Assembly (NCBI GenBank): GCA_050013255.1
Contig: JBEKFP010000001.1
Coordinates: forward strand, 544,001 to 608,000
Direction: 5' to 3'
DNA length: 64,000 nt
From: Candidatus Bathyarchaeia archaeon
GTDB taxonomy: Archaea; Thermoproteota; Bathyarchaeia; 40CM-2-53-6
Position 1 is the first letter of the stretch. Every line of letters begins with the position of its first letter. The notes beneath the pieces were generated by a model that searched no databases, had not been told where the DNA came from, and saw only the letters and a list, made by a program, of their open reading frames with translations. Shown here one piece after another: positions 19,160-29,602 of the stretch. The position numbers were made by a program, and so were the translations under genes.

Positions 19160-19212
19160 GCGTTCTACGCCGAACTGGTTGTTTGCATTAGACCTGACGC
19201 TCTCGATCAACC

Positions 19213-19635
19213 TTAGACCGTATCTGGTTTAATTAGGGTGTAACACAAATTACCGTTCGCCAGGTTTGTAGCCTGTAACTTTAGTTTCATTCCAATGCTT
19301 ATCTGATCATCGGGAATCGTTTTGTCGATCCAAGCGAAGACTTTCGGGCCATCAGAGAGTTCTGCAAGGCCGAGGAAATAGGGCGCCTGATCTTTGAACA
19401 TGGATGGTGTTGCGTCGACCTTGGTGTAAGTAATGAGCACGCAGTTCCCAGTAAGTTCTTTCCATTCGAAGTTGCTCGAGAGGCACCTGACGCAGTGTGC
19501 TCGTGGTGGAAACTGAACACAACCACATTCTTTGCACTGGGTCCCAGAGATTTTTCCTTCCTGTAAGTAGTCAATGATTTTTGATATCCTAGTTTGACTG
19601 GTGTATGATACCCAACCGAACCTTTCGAAACCCAA
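19213..19635 (-). CDS. Zn-ribbon/OB-fold (DUF35) thiolase partner protein
   Basis: CKECG..FPPRAHCVRC zinc ribbon plus OB fold; directly downstream of thiolase; start TTG 19635. Confidence 0.92.
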   Translation of the reverse strand: MGFERFGWVSYTSQTRISKIIDYLQEGKISGTQCKECGCVQFPPRAHCVRCLSSNFEWKELTGNCVLITYTKVDATPSMFKDQAPYFLGLAELSDGPKVFAWIDKTIPDDQISIGMKLKLQATNLANGNLCYTLIKPDTV

Positions 19636-19660
19636 TTTTCTGTAGCCTCTGGACTTGAAA

Positions 19661-20815
19661 TTACTTAGCGCTGAGGATCGTGCAGACAGAGTACATTCCG
19701 ATGCCGCCAATGTTGTGAGCCAAACCTAACTTTGCTTTCGGGACTTGGTTGGAGCCACCTTCGTTGCGTAGTTGTTTAACTATTGAAATTATGTGTGAGG
19801 CCCCCGTTGCTCCCACGGGATGGCCTTTTGCTAGTAATCCTCCGTCCACATTCACGGGGATTTTTCCTCCCACGTAAGTTTGACCGTCTGCGATGAATTT
19901 CCCGCCTTCACCTTTTCTGCAGAATCCCAGATCCTCGTAGTTGATCACTTCGGCTGAGGTGAAACTATCATGCACTTCGGCGACATCGATGTCTCCAGCA
20001 TTTACTTTTGCCATTTTGTATGCTTGCCTGACAGCATGAACGCTGCATTCGAAACTGGCAAACTCATTCCGGCTTGTGAGCGACATTGGACTCGACGCTA
20101 GACCCAATCCAGTTATCCAGACAGGGGCATCCGTAATCTTCCGCGCCTTCTCCACGCCTGCTAGAATAATGCATGCGGCACCGTCTGCGTTGGCGCAGCA
20201 GTCATAGAGCTTAAGTGGGCTTGCAACGACGCGAGATTTCAAGACGTCTTCAACCGTGAGTTCTTTTTGGAACATGGCGTACGGATTCTTCGCACCATAT
20301 TTGTGGTTCTTAACTGAGACTAAGGCGAATTGTTCTTCCGTTGTCCCATACCTGTTCATGTGAGCCCGAGCGTGCATCGCGTAGTAGGCTGGCATCGTCG
20401 GACCAAAGGGGGACTCCCACATGACATCACCCGACCTGCTCATCACGTCCTGCACCTCGTCAGTATCGAGTTCAGTCATCTTCTGAAAACCAACAACTGC
20501 TACTACATCGTGCAAACCAGCTTGAATCATAGACCAACCGACTCTTACTCCCACGCCGGAGGATGCACAAGCGGCCTCAATGTGGAACGTTGGCTTCGGG
20601 TTGAGACCAACATACTCAGCCATTATTCCGCTGGGAGAACGTTGTTTATCGTAATGCGATCCCGAACAGACGATGATGGTTGAGATATCGTTTCTAGCTA
20701 TCCCAGCGTCGGAAAGGGCTTCCTTGAATGCGTCGGCCACAAGTTCCCGACTTGATGAATCGGATAGCTTGCCGAATTTAGTCTGCCCGACGCCAACAAT
20801 GCCTACTCTCATCAA
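19661..20815 (-). CDS. Archaeal acetyl-CoA acetyltransferase (thiolase)
   Basis: EAACASSG catalytic Cys, AEVHDSF, KGHPVGATG, HNIGG. Confidence 0.94.
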   Translation of the reverse strand: MMRVGIVGVGQTKFGKLSDSSSRELVADAFKEALSDAGIARNDISTIIVCSGSHYDKQRSPSGIMAEYVGLNPKPTFHIEAACASSGVGVRVGWSMIQAGLHDVVAVVGFQKMTELDTDEVQDVMSRSGDVMWESPFGPTMPAYYAMHARAHMNRYGTTEEQFALVSVKNHKYGAKNPYAMFQKELTVEDVLKSRVVASPLKLYDCCANADGAACIILAGVEKARKITDAPVWITGLGLASSPMSLTSRNEFASFECSVHAVRQAYKMAKVNAGDIDVAEVHDSFTSAEVINYEDLGFCRKGEGGKFIADGQTYVGGKIPVNVDGGLLAKGHPVGATGASHIISIVKQLRNEGGSNQVPKAKLGLAHNIGGIGMYSVCTILSAK

Positions 20816-20954
20816 CTTCGCCTTTACAAAGCTGCTTTAGTCAGGCCTAAGTAGGTAACTTATTGAGTTATCCTGAGTTAATCTCAAAAAGGCTAACAAC
20901 ATCTACATAGCCTAACTTGGAGTAGGTTACTGGAAAACTTGGAATAGGGCACCT

Positions 20955-21314
20955 TTGATAGTCACGGAAGAACCAGCAAAACAGAGAATCCTTGGAGCTT
21001 TAGCTGATGAGTATTCAAGGAAAATTCTCACCGCGACCATCGAGGATCCGATGAGCGCCCTTGAGCTGAGCAAGAAGTATGAGATACCCATAACAACAGT
21101 CTACCGCCGCATTGAAGAGTTAGTCGAAGCTGGGCTTCTGGCCGCGGTTAAATCAGGCCGTACGACTGATGGCAAGTGGTATGACCTCTATAGAAGCCTC
21201 CTAAAACGAATAGACGTAAGTTTCGAGAAAGGTGATGTCCGGATAGACGTAATAGTAAACGAACATGTATCGGACAGATTCACCCGCATGTGGAGTTCAA
21301 TCCCAACAATCTAA
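20955..21314 (+). CDS. Winged-HTH (ArsR-like) regulator, copy 1
   Basis: ILGALADEYSRKIL..PMSALELS...IPITTVYRRIEEL...DGKWY. Confidence 0.88.
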   Translation: MIVTEEPAKQRILGALADEYSRKILTATIEDPMSALELSKKYEIPITTVYRRIEELVEAGLLAAVKSGRTTDGKWYDLYRSLLKRIDVSFEKGDVRIDVIVNEHVSDRFTRMWSSIPTI

Positions 21315-21329
21315 CCGGGGCCTGACCGC

Positions 21330-21617
21330 TTGATCGAGCATACTCAACTATTTTGGACCGCATCAATAATGCGACTAGTCGCTCTCTTCCTCGGGGCGTT
21401 CATTGTCTATCTCGCTTACAGGGGCTACAAAAGAAATGCCAGCAAACCCTTGTTATACGTAGCGTTAGGTTTTGCACTCATCACTGCAGGTACCCTTCTT
21501 GAAGGGCTGATGTTTGTAATACTGGGCTCTGACATTCTTGCCGCAATTGCAATTGAAGGCGTTTTGACGGTCATGGGATTCGTAGCGATCATATACTCGA
21601 TCTACGCTGTGAAATGA
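21330..21617 (+). CDS. Small three-TM membrane protein partnered with wHTH, copy 1
   Basis: AYRGYKRN...LGF..I..G...E...YSIY; homologous to 35927..36211. Confidence 0.82.
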   Translation: MIEHTQLFWTASIMRLVALFLGAFIVYLAYRGYKRNASKPLLYVALGFALITAGTLLEGLMFVILGSDILAAIAIEGVLTVMGFVAIIYSIYAVK

Positions 21618-21723
21618 AAGAGGACGCGTCCTCTAGTCTGCCGAGAAATACTCTGAAGCTTAATGTCAAGCCCAGTTCACAACTATACGTTCACGTAGGG
21701 CTGGATTGAAACCACGCAGAACC

Positions 21724-21751
21724 TATAGTCTACTTGCCCGTCTATATTCTA
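21724..21751. promoter_or_regulatory. Conserved 28-nt upstream element, copy 1
   Basis: TATAGTCTACTTGCCCGTCTATATTCTA; 24/28 identical to 25430..25457. Confidence 0.65.
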
Positions 21752-21803
21752 CGTCCGGAGGAACAAAAAACAGCTCTACGGAACTCCTCGTGCTGGATTT
21801 GTT

Positions 21804-22976
21804 ATGCAAGCCATGAAGCCGATCTCGAGACGCGCCATAGATGTCTCATTGGAGCCCTTTAGGCTGGCCCTAGCTCTTCCTAAGGATGTCATTCGCCTGA
21901 GTGTTGGGGAGCCAGATTTCGATACGCCCGATTTCATTCGAGTTGCAGCCAAGAGATCTATCGACGAAGGGTTCACCCACTATGGTCCTGCTTCAGGTTA
22001 CGAAGACTTGAGAAAAGCAGTTGCTGAGAAACTTCGCCGAGAGAATCGCATCACTTACGATTACGAAAGAGAAATCGTCATTACACCTGGCTCATCATCA
22101 GGAATATTCCTCGCAATGCTTACCTTGCTTGATCCCGGAGACGAGGTTTTAGTTCCGGATCCGGCATGGTTCCACTATAGGACGCTCACCAGCCTCTGCG
22201 GAGCAAAGCCTGTAAGTATGCCGGTCAAGTTCGAGGATCACACTTCATCACTGGACTTGGAAGAAACCAAACGACGCGTAACTAGCAAAACCAAGATTCT
22301 GATCTTGAACAGCCCGAGTAATCCGACGGGCCTAATGCTGTCAGAGCAAGTGCTCAAAGAGGTTAGCGAGTTTGCAGAGGAGCACAACCTTTGGGTCATA
22401 TCGGATGAAGTCTATGAGAAGATCGTGTACGCTGGCAACACGCATGTAAGTCCGGCGTCTCTCCCGGGGTTGAAGGAACGCACTCTCACCAGCAATGGAT
22501 TCTCGAAGGCCTACTCAATGACAGGATGGCGGATTGGCTTCATGGCCGGTCCTCCCGAAATCATGGAAAAAGTAGCCGCATTGAACGGATACATCTTACT
22601 CGGCCCCAGCTCAGTATCACAACGTGCCGCGTTGATAGGTCTGACAGACCCAAGAATAAACGCCGCCATCAAAACGATGGTCGACCGTTTCGCAAAGAGA
22701 AGAGAAATGGTGCTAGAGGCACTCGAAGGCCTCCCAGGAATCAAGGCGTATCCCCCACAAGGAGCGTTCTACACATGGATTGACATCACCGGAACCGGCA
22801 TGTCCAGCGAGAACTTCTCCGCGAAACTAATCGAAAAAGAGAAGGTCGGGTTACTCCCAGGGCCTCTTTTCGGAGAACTAGGTAAAGGGCATGTGCGAAT
22901 AGCGTTCTCAACCGGAGAGGAAAAACTGAAAGAAGCTCTTGAAAGGTTCCGCAGGTTCGTCCTAGCCAACCGTTGA
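21804..22976 (+). CDS. Class I/II PLP-dependent aminotransferase (AspAT-like)
   Basis: LSVGEPDFDTP, NSPSNPTG, SDEVYE, GFSKAYSMTGWRIG. Confidence 0.94.
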   Translation: MQAMKPISRRAIDVSLEPFRLALALPKDVIRLSVGEPDFDTPDFIRVAAKRSIDEGFTHYGPASGYEDLRKAVAEKLRRENRITYDYEREIVITPGSSSGIFLAMLTLLDPGDEVLVPDPAWFHYRTLTSLCGAKPVSMPVKFEDHTSSLDLEETKRRVTSKTKILILNSPSNPTGLMLSEQVLKEVSEFAEEHNLWVISDEVYEKIVYAGNTHVSPASLPGLKERTLTSNGFSKAYSMTGWRIGFMAGPPEIMEKVAALNGYILLGPSSVSQRAALIGLTDPRINAAIKTMVDRFAKRREMVLEALEGLPGIKAYPPQGAFYTWIDITGTGMSSENFSAKLIEKEKVGLLPGPLFGELGKGHVRIAFSTGEEKLKEALERFRRFVLANR

Positions 22977-23193
22977 AGGTGTACCCACTCTCCATCTTTT
23001 ACGCCTGAAAACTCTACGGCTACAGGACAAGAAGCGGCAGCAAAATTGCACTGGATGATTTTGGACTTCGCAAGACGTTGAATCTTCAGATCTTTTGAGA
23101 CCGTCCAACGACGCGGATCGGCCTCAGTTGCGCTAACGGAGTTCGTCCGTGCAATAGATATAGCCGGCCCACTCTGCTAGCCCAGAAACCATA

Positions 23194-24069
23194 ATGACCG
23201 AAGCAAAATCGACCGAACGCAAGAAGCCAACCCTGCCCAGCCTATTCAAGAAAGTTGCAGATGGCGTACCCATCACTTGGCTGACCTGTTACGACTACCC
23301 TACCGCCTACTTCCAGGAACAGGCCGGCGTGGACATGATCCTAGTGGGAGATAGTTTGGCAATGACCATGCTAGGATACGACAGCACCCTGCCAGCCACG
23401 ATGGACGATATGATCCGCCACACGCAGGCCGTACGCCGCGGGGCGCCGAACACTTTTGTCGTGGGCGATATGCCTTACATGAGTTATCAACCCAGCGTCG
23501 AAACTGCTATCCGAAACGCTGGTCGCTTCATGGCCGAGGCTGGCTGCGATGCTATCAAGTTGGAGGGAGGCGTCGAAATGTGTGATCGAATTCGCGGCAT
23601 TGTTGACGCTGGTATCCCTGCTATGGGCCATCTGGGATTGACTCCGCAGAGCGCGAGCGCGTTAGGCGGCTTCCGAGTACAAGGGAAAGGAGCAGAACAG
23701 GCTAAGCGCATCATAGACAGCGCCAAAGCGCTGGAGAAAGCTGGCGCCTTCACGATCCTGCTCGAAATGGTTCCCGACCGAGTATGTGAATTGATCACTA
23801 AGCGAGCTGAGAACTGCATAATCATGAGCCTAGGATCCGGTCCGCATGCCCATGGTCAGCTCCTCATCTACCACGACTTGTTCGGCCTCTACCCGAAGTT
23901 CAAGCCGCGCATGGCCAAAGTCTATGGCAATGCTGGAGAAGTCATTTTGAAGGGGCTAAAGCAATATGTGCAAGAAGTCACTACCCGCACTTTCCCGCAA
24001 CCCGAGAATTACTTTACCATCCAAGACCAAGAGTACGACAGGTTACTGAAAATGCTGAAACCACAGTGA
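23194..24069 (+). CDS. panB: 3-methyl-2-oxobutanoate hydroxymethyltransferase
   Basis: LTCYDY, ILVGDSL, VGDMPYMSY, KLEGG, GHLGLTPQ, GGFRVQGK. Confidence 0.93.
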   Translation: MTEAKSTERKKPTLPSLFKKVADGVPITWLTCYDYPTAYFQEQAGVDMILVGDSLAMTMLGYDSTLPATMDDMIRHTQAVRRGAPNTFVVGDMPYMSYQPSVETAIRNAGRFMAEAGCDAIKLEGGVEMCDRIRGIVDAGIPAMGHLGLTPQSASALGGFRVQGKGAEQAKRIIDSAKALEKAGAFTILLEMVPDRVCELITKRAENCIIMSLGSGPHAHGQLLIYHDLFGLYPKFKPRMAKVYGNAGEVILKGLKQYVQEVTTRTFPQPENYFTIQDQEYDRLLKMLKPQ

Positions 24070-24360
24070 TATCCACGGCGCAGTAGGTCAAACCGGCCTC
24101 TTGCTCCAGTAGGCCTGTTCGCTATGATATCGGTTCTGCATTCGCTTCCTGCCTCAAGCGGGTCGCTCTTCCGATTTTAGAGAATTCCGTTGCTTCAAAT
24201 AGATTGCCGCGGAGACTGACAAGGGGGAGGCCCATCTGTTTGGGTGCCACGTGTCAAAACTAGAGGTTTGCTGTTTCTTACTCGTGCACAAACAGATAGT
24301 GCGCTCGCGTTAGACTTTTCCGTAGTAATGGCGGGTCGGAGCTGTCCAGATTGAAGACGG

Positions 24361-25050
24361 CTAGGAGAATATCACAGCTAACGCTCTGACTGGACTAGCC
24401 GAACCGCCGACCAATCGGAGCGGCGCGCCAACGAAGAGGAAGTCTCTGTTCAGTAACTTGTCGAGGTTGTTCAGGTTTTCATAGACGGCTATTTCTTTAG
24501 GCAGCAGAATTCTGTGAGCTGGAAAACCGGACAGTTGTCCAGTTGCGGATATTTCTCCGTGATCTGGGCTGGGGGCATCGAAGCCAATCGCATTCACATT
24601 CTTCTCTGCGATGAACTTGGCCGCCCCTTCGTCAAGCTCTGGATGCTTCAGCCATTCGGGCGAACCTGCCTTGGCCGTATATCCCGTGTAAAACAGCATC
24701 GCCCAACCAGGCCCTACGTCCTTCTTCCCCACGGACCGAAGCGCATTGACAAGATCTGCCGCGGTGATTACGTAATTCGCCTCCTTTTTGGAGAAGTCCA
24801 AGACGACCCCATTGCTCACGTAGCGGGAAATAGGGACCTTGTCAATAGTCAGCCCGTCCAGTAAGAAATGGGCTGGTGAATCCACATGTGTGCTCGTGTG
24901 TTCAACAAATGACCAAACATACGAGCGATATCCGTTCTCTTGAATTGTTGTAAATGCGGATCGAAGTGGCTGCGGGTATCCTGGGAACACAGGGGTAGAG
25001 AGACTCTCCATGGGGCATGAAAGGTCTAATACTTCTAATACTTTGATCAT
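24361..25050 (-). CDS. Cyclase / kynurenine formamidase family metallohydrolase
   Basis: HTSTHVDSPAHF metal motif, YENL.NLDKL, GGSASPVRA. Confidence 0.92.
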   Translation of the reverse strand: MIKVLEVLDLSCPMESLSTPVFPGYPQPLRSAFTTIQENGYRSYVWSFVEHTSTHVDSPAHFLLDGLTIDKVPISRYVSNGVVLDFSKKEANYVITAADLVNALRSVGKKDVGPGWAMLFYTGYTAKAGSPEWLKHPELDEGAAKFIAEKNVNAIGFDAPSPDHGEISATGQLSGFPAHRILLPKEIAVYENLNNLDKLLNRDFLFVGAPLRLVGGSASPVRALAVIFS

Positions 25051-25429
25051 TCGGAAATCAAATCTGCTTTCCGAACGTTGCGCAGTTAAGTTCTTCTACT
25101 ATAGTGTTCTTACTCTCATTATGAAATAGGTCCAAGACACGCGCAGCTCTCTCATGTCCTGAGATGACCTGCGGGATGTTCTTATCAACGATTTTCACGT
25201 TTTGAGTTGTGAAAGAACCCGCTGATAACACAACCGTGATTCCTTACGGCTCTTTGAGCCGCTACTTATATTGAAAGGGTATGGGATGTTGGTCCCAGCC
25301 CTAAACTAGCTTGAACAGGATACTGGAGGTTCTGGTAACTCATGATCAATGTTGAGTCAAGATACTGCGATCGCTCGTATAGAGAGCCGATGAGACATAT
25401 TGGTCGATTAAGATGTCGAGTTGGAAGTG

Positions 25430-25457
25430 TATAGTCTAATTGTCGGTCTATAATCTA
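25430..25457. promoter_or_regulatory. Conserved 28-nt upstream element, copy 2
   Basis: TATAGTCTAATTGTCGGTCTATAATCTA; 24/28 identical to 21724..21751. Confidence 0.65.
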
Positions 25458-25485
25458 ATTTCGTATACCTAAAACCAGGTCATGT

Positions 25486-26676
25486 ATGCAAGTTACAAAT
25501 CACATGTGCTTAACTGCATTTTGCGAGATGACGATGGTCATGCATCTTGAGGAAGTTGAAAACTCACCATCTCTCGAGATGGTTAACCTAGTGCTGGCAA
25601 GAATCGCGAAAGGCGAAAAGGTCGTTAGCCTTGCAATAGGAGAACCTTCATTCAACACTCCGGCCGAGATAGTCGAAGTGGCTTGCCAGGCCATTCGGTC
25701 CGGAGACATTCACTATACTTCTTCTTATGGCACCATGGAAGTCAGAGAGGCGATCAAGAGAAAAGTTGCTAAGAAGAATGGAATTCACGCTGACATCCCT
25801 AATACGATATTCTGCACAACCAAGTATTCAGTTTTCGCGACTCTTGCAGCCGCCTCCAATAAGGCATATGACGCATTGCTACCTAACCCTGGATATTTCT
25901 ATTGGGAACCTGTAGTGCTCTCTGGCGGGCGGCCGATATTCTACACGCTGAAGAAAGATTTCTCACTCGACATTGACGAGATCAAGAAAAAAGCCACGCC
26001 AAGAACTAAGGTTATACTCGTTAACTCGCCATCAAACCCAACCGGCAAAGTGCTAAAACGAGATGAGCTCGAGGAACTTTACGAGTTTTGTAATGATCGA
26101 AAGATCTTCATCATCAGCGATGAAGCCTATGAAGATCTCATCTACGAAGGACAACATTTCTGCGTTGGTTCGCTTGAACCAAAACCCGAAACCGTGATAT
26201 CACTGTTCAGTCTGTCGAAGAGCTATTCGATGACCGGTTGGCGGGCGGGCTATGTTGTGGCGAACGAACGCATTATCTACTTGATCAACAAATTCCTCGA
26301 GAATACAGTTACGTGTTTTCCGCCATTCATCCAAAAGGCCTCGGCATACGCACTGGACTACGGCGACAAGTACATCTCGGAATTCCGAACAGAGCTGGGA
26401 AGTAGAAAGAGACTTTTGGAAAGGAAAATTGCCGAAATTGAGGCATTGGAACCCTCCGTGGGCGAGGGGGCATTCTACGCATTCCCTAGATACACCGTGA
26501 AAATGCCCTCTCGCGAACTCGTCAAAGTGCTCCTGGATAGGTATGGTGTCGCGGTCTTGGCGGGCGCAAGCTTTGGCGACGCTGGCGAATACCACTTGAG
26601 GTTCTCATTCTCAATGGCCCCGGAAACCATCGAAGAAGGCATGGATAAAGTGAGGACTTTCTTCAAAGAACGTTAG
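25486..26676 (+). CDS. Class I/II PLP-dependent aminotransferase (AspAT-like)
   Basis: LAIGEPSFNTP, NSPSNPTG, SDEAYE, SLSKSYSMTGWRAG; true start may be a downstream ATG (25528-25540). Confidence 0.93.
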   Translation: MQVTNHMCLTAFCEMTMVMHLEEVENSPSLEMVNLVLARIAKGEKVVSLAIGEPSFNTPAEIVEVACQAIRSGDIHYTSSYGTMEVREAIKRKVAKKNGIHADIPNTIFCTTKYSVFATLAAASNKAYDALLPNPGYFYWEPVVLSGGRPIFYTLKKDFSLDIDEIKKKATPRTKVILVNSPSNPTGKVLKRDELEELYEFCNDRKIFIISDEAYEDLIYEGQHFCVGSLEPKPETVISLFSLSKSYSMTGWRAGYVVANERIIYLINKFLENTVTCFPPFIQKASAYALDYGDKYISEFRTELGSRKRLLERKIAEIEALEPSVGEGAFYAFPRYTVKMPSRELVKVLLDRYGVAVLAGASFGDAGEYHLRFSFSMAPETIEEGMDKVRTFFKER

Positions 26677-26854
26677 ATTCCGCAGATTTGTCCGACCACA
26701 CACCAACGGAATCCTCTGACGAATACCAAGATACCGAGACCATCGCAGTGGGCAAATCAAAGGTGGTGTAAGTTTCACTTTGTATATACTTGCCACTCGG
26801 CTCCGGTATCTATAAACATGAAACTCTTAACGCCAACGAAGAACCTCCCCGCCA

Positions 26855-27646
26855 GTGACAGTTTTGAAGGATCTCAGAGCAATGTGGAGACAGGGAACGC
26901 CAGCATTTGGTCCATTCGTACAGCTGAACTCGCCCGGGATCTGCGAGATTCTGGGCCACGCCGGGTTCGATTATTGCATCATAGATTTGGAACACGGCGT
27001 CATACATGTCGACACCGCAGAAAACATGGTCAGAGCTTCAATCGCAGCGGGAATAGTCCCTATAGTCCGAGTAGCGTTCAACAGACCCGAATTGATCGGC
27101 CAGGCACTAAATATCGGGGCAAGTGGCGTGCACATACCCCATATTTCGACCCTTGAGGAAGCTGAGCAAGCCGTCTTCGCGAGCAAGTTCTTTCCTCTTG
27201 GCGGGCGCGGAGTCTGCCCTTTCGTTCGAGCGGCAAGATATTCGGCAGACAAGACGATTTACTACAACAAAGCCAACACGGAAACGATGGTAATCGTCGC
27301 AATCGAGGGCACTGAAGGCATCGAGAATCTAGGGAAAATTCTCAAAGTAAAAGGAATTGATGTTGTCTTCGTCGGTCCGTACGACCTCTCACAATCATTG
27401 GGCGTCCCGGGTCGGGTCACGCACCAGAAGGTGATCGAAAAAGTCCGAGAAATCGCCACCATGTCGAAGAAAGCCGGCATTGCGGTAGGTCTTTTCGTAG
27501 AGACACCGGAAGCAGCGATGGAATGGGTCAAACAAGGAGTTCTCTATGTCTCATTAGATGTAGATGCTGCAATACTTCTGAAGGCGAGCATGAACTATAT
27601 GAAATTGGTCCGAGAAATTGCGCCCGCTTCTGCGGGAGAGAGGTGA
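26855..27646 (+). CDS. HpcH/HpaI class II pyruvate aldolase family protein 1
   Basis: GFDYCIIDLEHG, PIVRV, AIEG, FVGPYDLS. Confidence 0.92.
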   Translation: MTVLKDLRAMWRQGTPAFGPFVQLNSPGICEILGHAGFDYCIIDLEHGVIHVDTAENMVRASIAAGIVPIVRVAFNRPELIGQALNIGASGVHIPHISTLEEAEQAVFASKFFPLGGRGVCPFVRAARYSADKTIYYNKANTETMVIVAIEGTEGIENLGKILKVKGIDVVFVGPYDLSQSLGVPGRVTHQKVIEKVREIATMSKKAGIAVGLFVETPEAAMEWVKQGVLYVSLDVDAAILLKASMNYMKLVREIAPASAGER

Positions 27647-27653
27647 AAGGGTC

Positions 27654-28433
27654 ATGAAAGATCTACGTTCGATGATGAATTCTGGCAAGGCATGCATAGG
27701 CCTCTTTGCCGTAACTGCGAGCCCAGCCATGGTTGAAGCGATAGGCTATAGCGGATTCGATTTCGTGATCATAGACTGCGAGCATGCAGCACTGAGTTCC
27801 TGGGGAGCGGATCTGGAAGAATGCGTACGAGCAGCATATGCTGCTGACATAACCCCTCTCGTTAGAGTCACTGAAAACGACAAAGGAATGGTGTTAAAAG
27901 CATTCAACTTTGGAGCAAAAGGAGTCATAGCACCGCACGTTAATACAAAGGAAGACGCGGAAAGGTTAGTTCGGTCGTCAAGGTTCGCTCCCGAGGGAAG
28001 ACGATCTGCCGCTCCGCCTGTCCGAGCAGCGAAATACGGATTTACACCGTTCCCACAGTTTCTGAAACAACAAAACAAAGATAATTTGGTTATCCCGCTC
28101 ATCGAGGAGAAAGAAGCATTGCAGGAACTGAAAAGTATCATAGAGGTCAAGGGCATCGATGTACTCTTCTATGGGCCATTCGACATGTCCGTAACAATGG
28201 GGCTGGAGGGAAACATGGTTCACCCCACTATTTGGAAGGGACTTGATGACGCCGTTAAGCTGTGCAAACCCAAAGGCATTCCCGTGGCGAATCTGTGTTG
28301 GGACATCGAGTCGGCCGCAGAATCAATTAAGAGAGGCGCTCTAATGATCGCTCTGAGCGTGGACATGGTTATTTTCCGCCAAGGCCTGCAGGCAATGACA
28401 GCTCGAGTGGAGAAGGAACTTAGAAAGCTCTGA
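27654..28433 (+). CDS. HpcH/HpaI class II pyruvate aldolase family protein 2
   Basis: GFDFVIIDCEHA, PLVRV, LIEE, FYGPFDMS; GGTGA RBS before ATG 27654. Confidence 0.92.
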   Translation: MKDLRSMMNSGKACIGLFAVTASPAMVEAIGYSGFDFVIIDCEHAALSSWGADLEECVRAAYAADITPLVRVTENDKGMVLKAFNFGAKGVIAPHVNTKEDAERLVRSSRFAPEGRRSAAPPVRAAKYGFTPFPQFLKQQNKDNLVIPLIEEKEALQELKSIIEVKGIDVLFYGPFDMSVTMGLEGNMVHPTIWKGLDDAVKLCKPKGIPVANLCWDIESAAESIKRGALMIALSVDMVIFRQGLQAMTARVEKELRKL

Positions 28434-28450
28434 GATTGACGCTTCTCCAC

Positions 28451-28480
28451 TTCTATTTTTCTCTTTTTTTCTTCTCTTTC
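28451..28480 (+). terminator. Oligo-T/pyrimidine-rich archaeal terminator
   Basis: TTCTATTTTTCTCTTTTTTTCTTCTCTTTC 18 nt after the aldolase stop. Confidence 0.6.
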
Positions 28481-28648
28481 CTGAAGTAAGTCATCTCAGT
28501 TCGATAACTGATATGAGAAACAAAGACATCCTCCGGGACGTTTGCTGCCATCGCTCCAAGGCATCCAATGATCTTTCGCATACTACGGTGACGAACCTAA
28601 TTGCCGACAGTCTGACTTTCTTTTCCTTCAAAGACCTCGTTAGATCTT

Positions 28649-29602
28649 CTAACCCTCCGTGAAAACGTAATTGTCGACCTTCTTGTCTGATAGATTCAGT
28701 ATAAGTCCTCGAAGAATCCCTGTCACATATTCACTTCCTGGGTTGAAGCAGACACTCCGGCCGACCTTCGACAGACCCCTCGACTCGTGGATGTGACCGT
28801 GCAGACCGGCCAGCGGTTGAAGTTTCTCAATCATTTGTCTTACAGCAGTTGACCCAACATGGGCCATATCTGGCTCGCCTCCAGGAGTGAGCACTGGCCT
28901 TAGATCCTTGTCAAGCTTGGGCGCTACATCAATTTGGGTATCATGGGGCGGACAATGGAAGTTGAAAAGGCTAGTACCGGGATCTGACAAACCCAAGGTT
29001 GCTTTCTCAAGTTTTTCAGCCAATTCCTCTTCAGAAACGTCGCCGGGGCAATTCCAAGGGGTCATATTGGTGTACCCAACGCTTGGCATCTCATGCTTAT
29101 CGTCGATCGATATGATCTTCCCCTCTGGATAGATCACGTAGTCAGACTCGCCAAGCACGTCTCTTGCGGCTTGTAGGTCATCGTTACCCGCATTGAAAAT
29201 GGCCTTTACTCCGATTGGTTTCAGTCGTTCTTCTGCCAATTCCATCCAACGTCGAACGCTGTCTGTCATGACTTGAACGAAGACGCCTTCCATTTTTGCT
29301 TCACTCCCCCGAAGCCCCTCCCATTCACTCTTTGTTGTACGGAAAGGGTAACTGCCCAATGCTCGAATTTCTCGCTCGAGACTATCCAGCTCTTGCTCTG
29401 TCGCTGCGGTCCTGACACTCCCGACGTACTCCGCTTTCCAAGACCCATTTTCTGCCATGACCGGCGTTATCGTTTTGCCTGTTATGTCGCCACCACAGAT
29501 TAGCACATTTGCCTTGTACACCTTAGCTGCGTTCAGGAACTTGAGAAGGAGTCTTTCGGACCCGTGAATATCAGTTACGAAAAAAACTCTAGTGTTTGTC
29601 AA
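28649..29602 (-). CDS. Calcineurin-like metallophosphoesterase (Icc-related), copy 2
   Basis: TDIHGS, GGDITGK, AGNDD, HCPP, HGHIHE, NPGSEY; full-length paralog of 15136..16092. Confidence 0.9.
   Translation of the reverse strand: MTNTRVFFVTDIHGSERLLLKFLNAAKVYKANVLICGGDITGKTITPVMAENGSWKAEYVGSVRTAATEQELDSLEREIRALGSYPFRTTKSEWEGLRGSEAKMEGVFVQVMTDSVRRWMELAEERLKPIGVKAIFNAGNDDLQAARDVLGESDYVIYPEGKIISIDDKHEMPSVGYTNMTPWNCPGDVSEEELAEKLEKATLGLSDPGTSLFNFHCPPHDTQIDVAPKLDKDLRPVLTPGGEPDMAHVGSTAVRQMIEKLQPLAGLHGHIHESRGLSKVGRSVCFNPGSEYVTGILRGLILNLSDKKVDNYVFTEG

Noticed and set aside
18998-19210. 70-aa minus-strand ORF
   Set aside because: It overlaps the better supported plus-strand 32-aa ORF, which has a TATA box and RBS.
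20837-20850. DtxR-like box TTAG-N6-CTAA upstream of thiolase
   Set aside because: Only 4-bp arms, a single instance, and no metal-related gene adjacent.
25050-25075. TTCGGAAA/TTTCCGAA inverted repeat before the cyclase start
   Set aside because: Single occurrence with no second copy found; cannot be distinguished from chance.
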